NCBI GenBank assembly: GCA_032718475.1 | Contig: JAUCBJ010007522.1 | Coordinates: 1 to 64,000 of the forward strand | From: Nemertoderma westbladi | Lineage: Eukaryota > Animalia > Xenacoelomorpha | Direction: 5' to 3' | DNA length: 64,000 nucleotides | Part shown: positions 1 to 9,856 of the stretch, one piece after another | Layout: each line of letters opens with the position of its first letter | Numbering within the stretch: position 1 is the first letter of the stretch | The notes under the pieces: generated by a model | Database searches by the model: none | What the model saw: only the letters and a program-made list of their open reading frames with translations | What the model was told of the DNA's origin: nothing | Program-made: the position numbers and the translations under genes

Positions 1-21
1 GTGTACACAGTCATGGGATGC

Positions 22-231
22 GGTCAACCACGCAGTCAGAGCAGCATCGCTGCCAGCCTCGCAGCCAGCCTCGCGGCACGCGGCAGCCTCGCAGCCAGCC
101 AGCCTCGCAGCCAGCCTCGCGGCACGCAGCAGCCTCGCAGCCAGCCACGCAGCCAGCCTCACGGCGCGCAGCAGCCTCGCAGTTGATCATGCAGTCAGCC
201 AGCCAGCTACGCAGCTAGGCACGCAGTCAGC
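22..231. repeat. GC-rich degenerate minisatellite (GCAGCCAGCCTC / CGGCACGC units)
   Basis: Directly visible tandem short units downstream of the TBP-like gene; explains the low-complexity ORFs 1..186 and 18..218. Confidence 0.85.
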
Positions 232-320
232 CCGTGAGAGTCATACTTATTCAAACGAGGTTAGTTTTCCCTAACTACCGATAGATTGATTGAAAAATAG
301 TAATGTTTAATTTTCACCTT

Positions 321-866
321 CTAATCACCAACACCTAAAGTCACAACACCAAACATTAATAAATAATTAACAAGTTTACTAAATATAGGGTAATAAATGT
401 GAAATTTGCTAGGTGAACACATTAAAGTACATTTACCAGTATGAAAGCAGCAAATGACTACGGTATTATTTATTCTTATTTTGCAATTATTAAAAATTTC
501 AGGTTCATATATAACTTGAAGTTGTACATTATCAAAGACAACATAAAACCCGGTATTGTTTATCAATAACCTATAGACTACAGACTTAATACTAAAAATA
601 TAAGTACATAAATTAACAGATTTTAAAATCAAATTAATACTAGTTTTATCAAATATATGTTTTTTTACTTTTTGGAAATTATACTTACTGCCTAATAATG
701 TAATACGACCATTTTTAAATATTAATAATGTGGCACCAAATATCTTATATATAAACTGATTTGGTTTGAGTATGTGTTTACCTGATAATTGATTTTTTAA
801 TTCTTTAAAATTAATCGCTGACACTTGCTGGCAACTTACATTCTTATTGACTATCTGATAGTTCAT
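321..866 (-). CDS. TATA-binding protein (TBP)-like protein, Polinton 1
   Basis: 181 aa with two TBP-type repeats: PNQFIYKIFGATLLIFKNGRITLLGSK and YEPEIFNNCKIRINNTVVICCFHTGKCTLMCS (cf. TBP TALIFSSGKMVCTGAK and YEPELFPGLIYRM..LLIFVSGKVVLTGAK). Orthologue intact in Polinton 2. Confidence 0.8.
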   Translation of the reverse strand: MNYQIVNKNVSCQQVSAINFKELKNQLSGKHILKPNQFIYKIFGATLLIFKNGRITLLGSKYNFQKVKKHIFDKTSINLILKSVNLCTYIFSIKSVVYRLLINNTGFYVVFDNVQLQVIYEPEIFNNCKIRINNTVVICCFHTGKCTLMCSPSKFHIYYPIFSKLVNYLLMFGVVTLGVGD

Positions 867-3800
867 TGTTTGGTTCCCGATAAATAGGTATATTGTTTTT
901 CTTTATCGGTTTTTCGACCTTTGTTTGATAGTGACCCCAGGGAAGCGAATGATTTTTATTAACCCAATAAAGTTTATCATCAAATGCGCTGAGAGCAAAC
1001 TTATCAAGTGCTATAGTATACACTTTGTGTAATTTACTTTGAAATTGATGTATTTCTTTTGAAATTTCTTCGTTTGAGTTATATGCTCTTACATAATCTT
1101 CGTGGCAAATATTTTTTTCCACAACAGCTCTTGTAATACCTTTTGCTCTACGAATATTGGATTCATTGAATTCCAAAATTGAATATAATTTTGGTCTTAA
1201 AAATACTGCTTGTTTAATTTCACGTGAGGCTAGTTCGTCTTTACAGTAATAGAGTCTGGATTTATTTTTATCGCTGTAGAGAGGGTGATCCTTAGGGTAA
1301 TTGGATGTATCTAAAATATTATTTTTAATTAAGGCTTTTAAGAAATTACTCTGCGATGTATTATAGTAACAACCTATTAAAGAGTCCGTATCTGATGCTA
1401 CAATTTCAATTCGACAGTTTAATTCTTTCTCAATAGGTAGCAATTTATCATAATACAGCTGATACATATCCAATTTAGCCAAGTCCAAGACAGTACTACC
1501 TACATAGACTGGTTTATCGAGAGTTACAGAGTCTTTCACTAATAAATGTCCCGATAAGGAATCGTTATAAATCATGAAATTTTCGTGATTTATACGTTTG
1601 ACCAATAAATCGCACTTCTCTTTACTATTAGCGATACGAAAGTTGCATCGGTCTCTTATTTTTTCAATCGTTTTTCCAAATAACGAATTATTCAGAAGCT
1701 TTGCAACAGCTGTTTCAATATACGTTTTTGCTATTCTCCTTTGATTAATATTAAAATCTATATAGGGTTTAAATACAAAGTCTTGATGGAAAGAATACAA
1801 TTTATGGAGCTTAGTAACAATTAAACCTTGTTTTATATAAAATTTTAACAGTTTCAAATTTACATGATAGAATTCTTTATCAAATTGTGTCAACATAAGT
1901 TTCGGTGCACACATCTTATACTTGCTATTAGTGCCTCTTTGTTTACATACATGATTATATTGTTCCCTCATATATGGTGAAAGCATTGTCTCATTTATAC
2001 TTAAATGTTCTGGGGCTAAGGGTAGTTCTAATGTACGATCGTGAATATCTTTGGGATATTTCAAATCGCAAATTAAGAAAAACCCAATATCACCTTCAGT
2101 ATTAAGATTTATCAAATAGTTTATTAGTTCTTCTGGAGCAGCATTCTCTAAATATGTAACGTTGACTTGTTCAAAACCTGAAACAGGTAGCTTTTTACTT
2201 AAATTTCCCGAATACAAGGAATTAAAATCTATATTAAAAATATGACACTCTTCCTTGCTTGGATCATAATTATCTGTATCTGGTATATTTGATTCTATGT
2301 AATGCTTTCGACAGAATGAAACCCCTCCTCTTATAGATGCTTCAAAATCTCTATATGTTTGGTAATCTTTTATTAATGCTAACTTACATTTATTGTATTT
2401 CAGGGCGCAATCATAAGTGAAAGCTGCGATACTACAATAATAAACTACTTCTAATTCGTAGTTTTGTCTACATACTCTCCTAAAGTTCTCAAATATATCA
2501 GCGAGGAGACAAACATCGAGTTTTAAGTATGCTAAAAGATAATCCTTGAGATTCACACAGTCAAACTGACTCCATGATGCGTTGGCAAAACTATATTCCT
2601 CGGGTGTACAGGTATTTTGTGTTAATTTACTATAAAATTTGTCTATTGATGGTAATTTCGAATCATTGAATTTATTTAAATCTGTCAGGTACTCGTAGGG
2701 AAATATACCTTTTCGTTTAATTGTTGCATTATTTAAATTTGGATAAAAATATTTCATTTGCTGTTCAGTAATTGGTAGAACTGATGTTATATCCTCGCTG
2801 TCTATATCCTTTGTTGAACAATCAACTAAAGTACTTAGGGAAAAGGATAAAAATTGATATGTGTCTAAGACACGTAGCTCGATTTTTTGTTTTTGATCTT
2901 TCATTGGTATATGCATGCTTAGTGAAATATACCTTTCAGAATTTTTAGGGATTACCTTTATATCCCAATCGGAATATCGGTTGTTGGTAAAACCAACTTG
3001 TAAAAGAAAATGCAAATCGTAGAGATTACAGTTGTGTGCAGCGAGTATATACATGTGTCGTTTCAACGATAAAGAGCGGTTACATGCGTTACAAGCGGCC
3101 GCTATATAGTTACCAGTAATATGTGAGTGATGTTTGTTTTTCTCAGACTTATCCTTAAATAAAACATTGCAATAAAAGCAAGTTTTAGCTTTCCAAAAAC
3201 TTAACTTATCTACATCACTAAGTATTATTTTTTCGTGTGTATGATCTTCCGACCACTTATATAATTGGGTGATGTCATTATATACAGAGTCTAAAAAGTC
3301 TTGAATACAGTTGTTGTCGATTGTTTTTGTAAAGGTCTTCAAATAAAATTTTGGTGGATTGATTAATTCGCTACTAGGGACAATTAAATAACTTACAGCG
3401 CATGGAATATGATTCTGAATAAATTTACTGTTGATGGCTGGCTCCAAAATAGATTCTATGTCAAAATATATTACAAACAATGCTGGTAATGTTCTGTCTA
3501 AATTTCTAAAGCTAATGTGAGTTCTTTTTTCAGACGGTAGCTTCTCAACTTGACTTTTACCTCGATAACAAGCAAGACGGTGACGTTCTAGAACATCCTT
3601 GGTGTAGAAAGGCACCAAACACCGTTCACAAAAATGCCTACCACGAGTATGAAGAGCTCTCGTATTCATCAAACGATTCAAGTTAGTTATGCAAACATAA
3701 TGTGATTGTTTACTCGTATTCTTATTTTTTACAAGTAATATATTCAATAACTCTTTATCTGGACTGATTTTACTAAATGGTGCCTGTCTTAATATAGATA

Positions 3801-4863
3801 CTCGATTGTTGTTGTAGAGTAATAAATTAATTATATATGCTGAATTCTGTTTTTCAAAAAGTTTAATTGCAAGCGGCCATTCTGTTGGATAATCTTTGTT
3901 CCCGTTGTCAAAAATGAAATAATTCATGTAATCTGAGTACTGCGAAGTACGATATTTGTTGTTCTTCACTTTGCAGCTAAACTTTGTGGCTATAATAGCC
4001 CATTTGAAACAGTCATTATCAGCCGTTTGTATATTTATTGTACAATTTTTACCTGATAGAGCCTTAGGTAACTCCATATAACCGTGTCCCTTATATAGTA
4101 ACGACCTACACTTGGATTCAGCTACTTTAATTTCCACTCTTAATAAAGATTTAACGCGCCACCCTGAGCCACGAGTGTTAAATATGGCTATTTTTTCCAT
4201 TAATTTTTCTAATACATACTCAAACCATGTGTCCAAACTTTCATGTGAATCTACGGTATTAACTGCACCACCTGAAGAACTAAAATAGAAAGCTTCTTCT
4301 TGATCACCCTCTGAAAAATGTGATCGATACATGAGTATATTCACACCTAGCCAGGGTCTAAGTACATTCATTTCGCTAAGTTTTCCTAATAATAAGTTTT
4401 TAATATGAGGAAGAATTTTTACTATTGATGAATGAATATCAGGAAAATCTTCATCATCTGGAAGATTGTAAACATAGATTTCTAAACGGTTATCGTGTGC
4501 GGATCGTTCGATGCTAAAAATTGATGGACCTTGACCAGATTTCAGTCTTTTTCTAGATACGATAGTATTGTTTTGATTCCGTTGTGGTGGTCTAACATGA
4601 TAATAACGTTGGTGGCAGTCGTGACGTAAATAATTCTCATATAAATACTCTTTATTACAAGTAGGGCAAGTTTTTTCATACACGCAAAACTTCATTTCTT
4701 TACATCCCGTAGTTAATTCATGTCGTTTGCATATTTCTTCACGTGAACATTTCACTCGACAATTAAAACAATTATATTCTTCAAAATGTGATTTCACGTG
4801 AGTTAAATAATTTCGTTTAGAAATTTGATGAGGACAAAATGGACATTTCAATTGTTTATCCAT
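844..4863 (-). CDS. polB: Protein-primed family B DNA polymerase (pPolB) with N-terminal zinc fingers and EndoVII/HNH-like insertion
   Basis: ExoI YFDIE, ExoII HNCNLYD, RKGIFPYEY, ExoIII YLKLDV, IRGG, motif A DFNSLY, motif B KLLNNSLFGK, motif C SDTDS, RPKLY, AKGI. Also GSGW and DNDCFKWAI motifs and CFYC..HHSHITG..CNACN. Intact 1339 aa. Confidence 0.97.
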   Translation of the reverse strand: MDKQLKCPFCPHQISKRNYLTHVKSHFEEYNCFNCRVKCSREEICKRHELTTGCKEMKFCVYEKTCPTCNKEYLYENYLRHDCHQRYYHVRPPQRNQNNTIVSRKRLKSGQGPSIFSIERSAHDNRLEIYVYNLPDDEDFPDIHSSIVKILPHIKNLLLGKLSEMNVLRPWLGVNILMYRSHFSEGDQEEAFYFSSSGGAVNTVDSHESLDTWFEYVLEKLMEKIAIFNTRGSGWRVKSLLRVEIKVAESKCRSLLYKGHGYMELPKALSGKNCTINIQTADNDCFKWAIIATKFSCKVKNNKYRTSQYSDYMNYFIFDNGNKDYPTEWPLAIKLFEKQNSAYIINLLLYNNNRVSILRQAPFSKISPDKELLNILLVKNKNTSKQSHYVCITNLNRLMNTRALHTRGRHFCERCLVPFYTKDVLERHRLACYRGKSQVEKLPSEKRTHISFRNLDRTLPALFVIYFDIESILEPAINSKFIQNHIPCAVSYLIVPSSELINPPKFYLKTFTKTIDNNCIQDFLDSVYNDITQLYKWSEDHTHEKIILSDVDKLSFWKAKTCFYCNVLFKDKSEKNKHHSHITGNYIAAACNACNRSLSLKRHMYILAAHNCNLYDLHFLLQVGFTNNRYSDWDIKVIPKNSERYISLSMHIPMKDQKQKIELRVLDTYQFLSFSLSTLVDCSTKDIDSEDITSVLPITEQQMKYFYPNLNNATIKRKGIFPYEYLTDLNKFNDSKLPSIDKFYSKLTQNTCTPEEYSFANASWSQFDCVNLKDYLLAYLKLDVCLLADIFENFRRVCRQNYELEVVYYCSIAAFTYDCALKYNKCKLALIKDYQTYRDFEASIRGGVSFCRKHYIESNIPDTDNYDPSKEECHIFNIDFNSLYSGNLSKKLPVSGFEQVNVTYLENAAPEELINYLINLNTEGDIGFFLICDLKYPKDIHDRTLELPLAPEHLSINETMLSPYMREQYNHVCKQRGTNSKYKMCAPKLMLTQFDKEFYHVNLKLLKFYIKQGLIVTKLHKLYSFHQDFVFKPYIDFNINQRRIAKTYIETAVAKLLNNSLFGKTIEKIRDRCNFRIANSKEKCDLLVKRINHENFMIYNDSLSGHLLVKDSVTLDKPVYVGSTVLDLAKLDMYQLYYDKLLPIEKELNCRIEIVASDTDSLIGCYYNTSQSNFLKALIKNNILDTSNYPKDHPLYSDKNKSRLYYCKDELASREIKQAVFLRPKLYSILEFNESNIRRAKGITRAVVEKNICHEDYVRAYNSNEEISKEIHQFQSKLHKVYTIALDKFALSAFDDKLYWVNKNHSLPWGHYQTKVEKPIKKNNIPIYREPNNELSDSQ

Positions 4864-5480
4864 CTCTTTATTATCCTAAAAACAATTTAAAATTAATATG
4901 AATATTGTTATATATATAATCAAAAAAAATTCATAAGCTACTCAACACAAATAAAATATAATATCTAAACTTTAATTAATTTAATATTTTCAGAATGAGC
5001 TCGATTGAATCAGTTGAGCTCTTTATATATATATATTTCAAGTTTCTACTTATACCAACCAATCATAAATAACATTTACATTGGAAACTAATATCATAAA
5101 TAAAGTTGCTTTTACAACTGAATTCTTTATAATAAAATCAAGTCTAAACCAAGATGTGTCTAATGCGTTTTTAATTTTCATTGATAAAGTAGGTTTTACA
5201 TGCAAATGTTTTATTATGGTGGTGTAAACTCACACATTTACATGCGAATGTTTTATACCTAATCCTGTGCTCACATTAAACTATCACCAATATTTACTCA
5301 ATAAAGTCACCTTTACATGCAAATACTTTATAATAATCACGCTTTGTGATAAAAAGTTACCTTTACAAGTCAGTGTGAAACTGAAAAAGAAAAGTCTCTA
5401 GTTAATAATAAATCAATCTGATACTGTTTTTATATGTTCCTTATTGTAATCTGCTACCTCTTCACTTGCTTTTGTAACTT

Positions 5481-6455
5481 TTATTTTCTTTGTAGGTATA
5501 GAATCATTGTTGGGAATGGAAGATGTTTGAGATGTAGATCTCGCTTTCTATCACTCGAGGTCTCTTCGATGTATGTCTTTGGATTAAATGTGGATGAAAC
5601 TACTTCTGGAAATGACTTATTAACCTTAAACTTCCAAGTTGGTGGATATAGAATCGTGAAACCGTCTGCTATATCAGTTGATGAAACCTTTAACATCATA
5701 TCGTAGAGAAACTCTATATATGGTATGTCTTTATCGTAATGTAACTGTAAATATTTGCTTTCCTTGTCTGTAATAATTACTTTTTTTTCTTGTACATTTA
5801 TTTTTACTTTAAGTCGGTCAGATAAAGCTTTATCGTCCGTATCTAGCTCTGAAAAGACACCTTCGTTACTAATTTCATAATTCCATTCATACCACAATGA
5901 ATTTACTTCCGATGCTGTTAAGTTAAACCCATTATAATACCTAAGACCAATAGCATCAGAATATCTAGCTGAAATCTCCCATAGTCCCATATAAGTCGCT
6001 CCTTTATATTTGCTTACAAAACCAACAAAAGATGGGTTGGTTAAATTAACAACAGAACACTGATTTATTATTTCGAGTGGTGGTGATAACAATTCTAATA
6101 TTTCTGTCTTACTCTGAAGCAATAAATTAATGAGTGATTTGTTTAGAATTTGACATTTGCCTTGCTTCTGAATATATACGTTTTCAGTAATAACACAGGT
6201 GGAAATATTTAACTTTCCTCTTGTAAATTCTATATTAGGATAAATATTACCTCTTGAAACTGGTGATTCCTTTTGTCGGTTGATTAATATTTCTAAGACG
6301 TCTAGAAGGTAGAGTGTATCCAGGTAAGAGAAGCACGTTGTTACATTGCTATCGCTTGAGAGTAATATAAAGTACTTGCCATAAACAATACTACAGGTAT
6401 ATTTATTAAATGTAAATTTCCAAGTATTGCTTGAAGTTTTTTTAAATAAATCCAT
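5481..6455 (-). CDS. PC4-like (whirly-fold) ssDNA-binding/coactivator protein, Polinton 1
   Basis: FVSKYKGATYMGLWE..YYNGFNLTASEVNSL resembles the PC4 core VSVRDFKGKVLIDIRE..KGISLNPEQWSQL; homologous to 48664..49731. C-terminus possibly frameshifted (another frame gives PTKKIKV, matching PAKKQKV of copy 2). Confidence 0.6.
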   Translation of the reverse strand: MDLFKKTSSNTWKFTFNKYTCSIVYGKYFILLSSDSNVTTCFSYLDTLYLLDVLEILINRQKESPVSRGNIYPNIEFTRGKLNISTCVITENVYIQKQGKCQILNKSLINLLLQSKTEILELLSPPLEIINQCSVVNLTNPSFVGFVSKYKGATYMGLWEISARYSDAIGLRYYNGFNLTASEVNSLWYEWNYEISNEGVFSELDTDDKALSDRLKVKINVQEKKVIITDKESKYLQLHYDKDIPYIEFLYDMMLKVSSTDIADGFTILYPPTWKFKVNKSFPEVVSSTFNPKTYIEETSSDRKRDLHLKHLPFPTMILYLQRK

Positions 6456-7009
6456 AATTAGAATGAAAACTATTTTGAAAAATAAAAACTAAATAAATGA
6501 TTATTAGAATGTAAAACTTCGGTTTATCTGCTTGCTTTAATAAAACAGAGTGACTTACAGTGAGGAATATAGTTGCTTCGTGTAACAGATGCAACGTGTA
6601 CAGCTAAATTTATTACATTAGCGTGAGTTAGAGAGTGAAATAGCAGTAACGTGTAACAGATGCAACGTGATCAATGCTAGCCTTGTCATTCTAACTTATA
6701 TTTTAACTTAGTTGACCGATCAGTTACATCGATAAAAGAAATCGATTATTATTAATAGTCGAATTAATGTATTCTATGCTATAGTAATTATGTTAAGGAA
6801 CTAGATGCTATTTATAAACATCTGCTACCAGTGATGAAGATGAAGAATTCAATGACTATGGTATAACTCGGATATTTATTGCCTTTTTCTCTCGAGGTTG
6901 GATGGAAAAGTGAGTTGAGAAATGTGGGGGGGGGGGTTATAACGATCCCGAGTTCGAACCCTGTTGAATATTTTGTTATCTGAAAAATTGCAAAATTAAA
7001 TTTAGTTAC

Positions 7010-7477
7010 TGGTGAAAAATAGTAGAAGTTACCTGTAGACACCTCTAGCATCTGTAAAATAAAGGTTGGTGAATATGAAAAATACTGGTTGTTGAAAAAT
7101 TGCGAAATGAAAAATAGTAGAAGTTACCTGTAGACACCCGAACACCTGTAAGATAAAGGTTGGTGAAAAATAGCGATTTGAAAAATAGTAGAAGTTACCT
7201 GATGCTAAGTGTAGACACCCGAACACCTGTAAAATAAAGGTTGGTGATTGGATGCAGTACTAGCGTCGGGGGACTAATAACGCCTCTAGCGGAATAAGTG
7301 GGAACTTGAGAAGTTACCATGGTTACGGTTGAAATGCTGACATCTGATTGGTTGAAATAATAACGACCACTGCTAATGGTTGAAATGGTGGCTTCTGATT
7401 GGCTGCAGTACTAGAAATGGGTGGTAATGATGGGCTACGGGTGACCTTGTGCGGGGGGACATGTAATATATACTACT
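7010..7477. repeat. Polinton terminal region (TIR) with internal subrepeats GAAAAATAGTAGAAGTTACCTG..GACACC and several CTGATTGG (CCAAT) boxes
   Basis: Alignable with 46604..47037; three subrepeats at about 7013, 7108 and 7180; ends TACTACT. Inner TIR boundary unknown. Confidence 0.8.
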
Positions 7478-8612
7478 GCTGATCCATCGAATACGACACG
7501 GATTTTTCCGGGTTTGTCTTCCCGCTCCACATAGTGATGGGTCAAGTAATAAGTTTTTTCACTCGGGGCCGAGTCAAGGGGAACTAATTCGGCATACCCT
7601 TTACCTATGAATTTAGCCATCTGTTCTTTGTACAATTTACAGGCTGGGGGGTTAGATGTTAAACGTCGTTGGAGTTGCAAAATACGTTTTTCAGCTAGCG
7701 GTCTGTTGTTGAACAGCTTAGGCTGTGGTGCACGCCAAAGCAAACCTACCTCGTATTTACCTTCCAAGGGCAAAAAACGTGTGGTAGTTCTCTGTATCTG
7801 TTTTGCACGCTCTTCTTCTACTGATGGTGCTCTGTCATTGAAATTATGCTCTAAGGTTTCCTGTTGCATCCATGCTGCTGTGTATTCTTCTAGGTGAACA
7901 CGGCGTCTAGCTTCCTCCAATTCCAGGAGCTCCTGCTGATGCTCAGCACGAGTATCAAGTAGGAGGTGGTATAGCTTATATTGGGTGTCCCAAAGATCGC
8001 TGTCACTGATTAAGTTAGTGGCTTCAGAAGTATCAAGTCGTGCAGAGAATGTATCATTATCTGATGACATGTCAGACTCACTCTCGCTGTCTATATCTAA
8101 CCTTCCATCAATGGTCATACAAGTTTGCTCTATTTCTATGTCACTGGCCACTGGGTGTGTCTGTTCACTGGTGATGTACTTTGTTCCAAGACGTTCTTTT
8201 AATGTCTTGTTAGATGGGCCAGTACAGAACCAACCCACGCGAGTCCTTCCTGCATAAGCAGACAAAGGTTTTGGGTACTCGGGTCTCTTTTCTAGGACTT
8301 CTAATGCCTCAGGGACGTTTTGCCCTACCAGCAACTGTACACCTGGGTAATCGGGGGGGAATCTTGGGATATTATGTTCCCTAGTGAAGTTATCTTCATC
8401 CCAGTTATATTCCTTAGCCTGGCTTCGTGCGAAATTTTTAATGGCTACACCATTTTTACATTTTTGACACTGTCTACACCCTGTGTATCCTGCGGGGCAG
8501 ATAGAGAGCCCTTATAGTACACTGTTTCTACAGTAGACTGCCACTTCTGCATGATACCCGAGAGGTTCAATTTCATTTTGTGACTTTCGCTTTCATGGAA
8601 TATGGTGTCTGT
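7478..8612 (-). pseudogene. BEL/Pao pol fragment (end of protease to start of RT), cut by Polinton 1
   Basis: RTRVGWFCTGP, GKYEVGLLWR, NNRPLAEKR, KGYAELVP, YYLTHHYV..KPGKIRVVFDGSA. Upstream part (KLNLSGIMQKW..KMV/AIKNF..DYPGVQ) has one frameshift and aligns to the 1391-aa ORF. Confidence 0.9.
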
Positions 8613-9855
8613 TCGCGCTTTCAGACCTTTGGCAGTTTAACCCGCCAAATTAGGATGTCTTCTAGATAATAAATCACTTTTAGCCTCTAACAAGTATTTG
8701 ATTCACTACACTAGTCGAAACCAATCGGTGCGCGATCATTCACCCGCTGGATATACCCGGGAGATTGGGTTCGACGGCTTAATCGTATTGCTATGTAAGC
8801 CTAATGTATTATTCGACTGACAGTATTATATAATCTCTGACAATATTATTCACCTTCGGGGAATATTAACAGTTCCTTTAGGACGTGGCGCTCTATCTAT
8901 ATAAACAGAGTTATGACTTAAACTACTCACAACGATATGGCTTAGTTACAATTCACATATATGGCGCATTCTTTAGGAAATGCTTCGTTATCAGTCTCAC
9001 CCATACACAATGCTGCACAATACTGCACACTGATCTGCCGATCTTCACTGATTTTAGTCACATATAAAAGGAACACGGACCGAATCATGTAGGGTCTATC
9101 AAATAACATTAGATTCACTTCAAACCACTTTAACATAAGTCACAATCGTTATATGTAACCTTTCTCTCTTACCTTCGGTATATCAAGAATATTGGGTTTC
9201 GGGGTTATTTATCGTTATTCCAAATATAATAATTCATCAACCATATTGTGAAGAACTGACAGTAAATAGCAGTATAACAATATAAAAGTATGCACAGGTT
9301 GTTTGATTAGGTATGGTATGTTGAGTTGCATGAGTTGTGACAATCAGTCAGTTTTGTTATGATAACGGATATATGTCCTTATAATTAAGCCTACTAGTGT
9401 AAGGCAGAGCCGTTCTTCCTGGCTTAGAATCACCAACAACACTAAAAACTGATAAGAATAACCTTATTTACAAAAGCTTCCACCCACCACAGAGAATGAG
9501 CATACAGATAGGAAAATTCAGTTCAGTAGATCTGTGATAGGTCGAAATCAAAACCAGCTCAAATCCTATTGGCAGATACAGAAAGCAGGGCTATGGGGCA
9601 ACCTTCCCAAGCTGGTTGGACGATCGAACATAGCCCAGATCCCTTCGTACAGCAAATCAGCCAATCAGCCGGTAGCTTGCACTATTCGAGCTAGAGATCC
9701 CTTTTAGAGTATTCCAGCGCCTTGGGGGGAACTGGTTAGCAAAGCAAACGAATCAGTTATCCCACAAAAGCTTTTACACCGCTCCCAGAAAATGGGATTT
9801 AAGTCTATAAAATATACAAAATCACAGTTTCTAAAATACGAGAATACTCTAAACA
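8613..9855 (-). mobile_element. LTR/UTR-like non-coding segment of a BEL/Pao element, boundaries uncertain
   Basis: Lies between a BEL accessory ORF and a BEL pol fragment; contains CCAAT boxes (about 9567, 9661) and a TATA-like tract (about 9805); composition like the other LTRs here. Confidence 0.4.
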
Positions 9856-9856
9856 G

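Larger units (their letters stand above)
1..7477 (-). mobile_element. Polinton/Maverick (adintovirus-like) element 1, continues left of window
   Basis: Encodes protein-primed PolB. Ends in TATACTACT at 7469-7477 (5'-AGTAGTATA on minus strand, typical Polinton terminus) exactly where it interrupts a BEL RT ORF. Candidate 6-bp TSD GCTGAT at 7478-7483; the other end is not visible. Confidence 0.9.

Noticed and set aside
1-218. SQPR/AASQ-repeat ORFs
   Set aside because: Frames through a minisatellite with no independent coding evidence.
6945-6965. Pol III B box GAGTTCGAACCC near the Polinton terminus (VA-RNA-like gene?)
   Set aside because: No convincing A box or structure, and no counterpart seen in Polinton 2.
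7010-7250. CRISPR-like appearance of spaced repeats (also 25614-25798, 27226-27530)
   Set aside because: The spacers are themselves repeated, there are no cas genes and the context is eukaryotic; these are TIR subrepeats and retroposon tail duplications.
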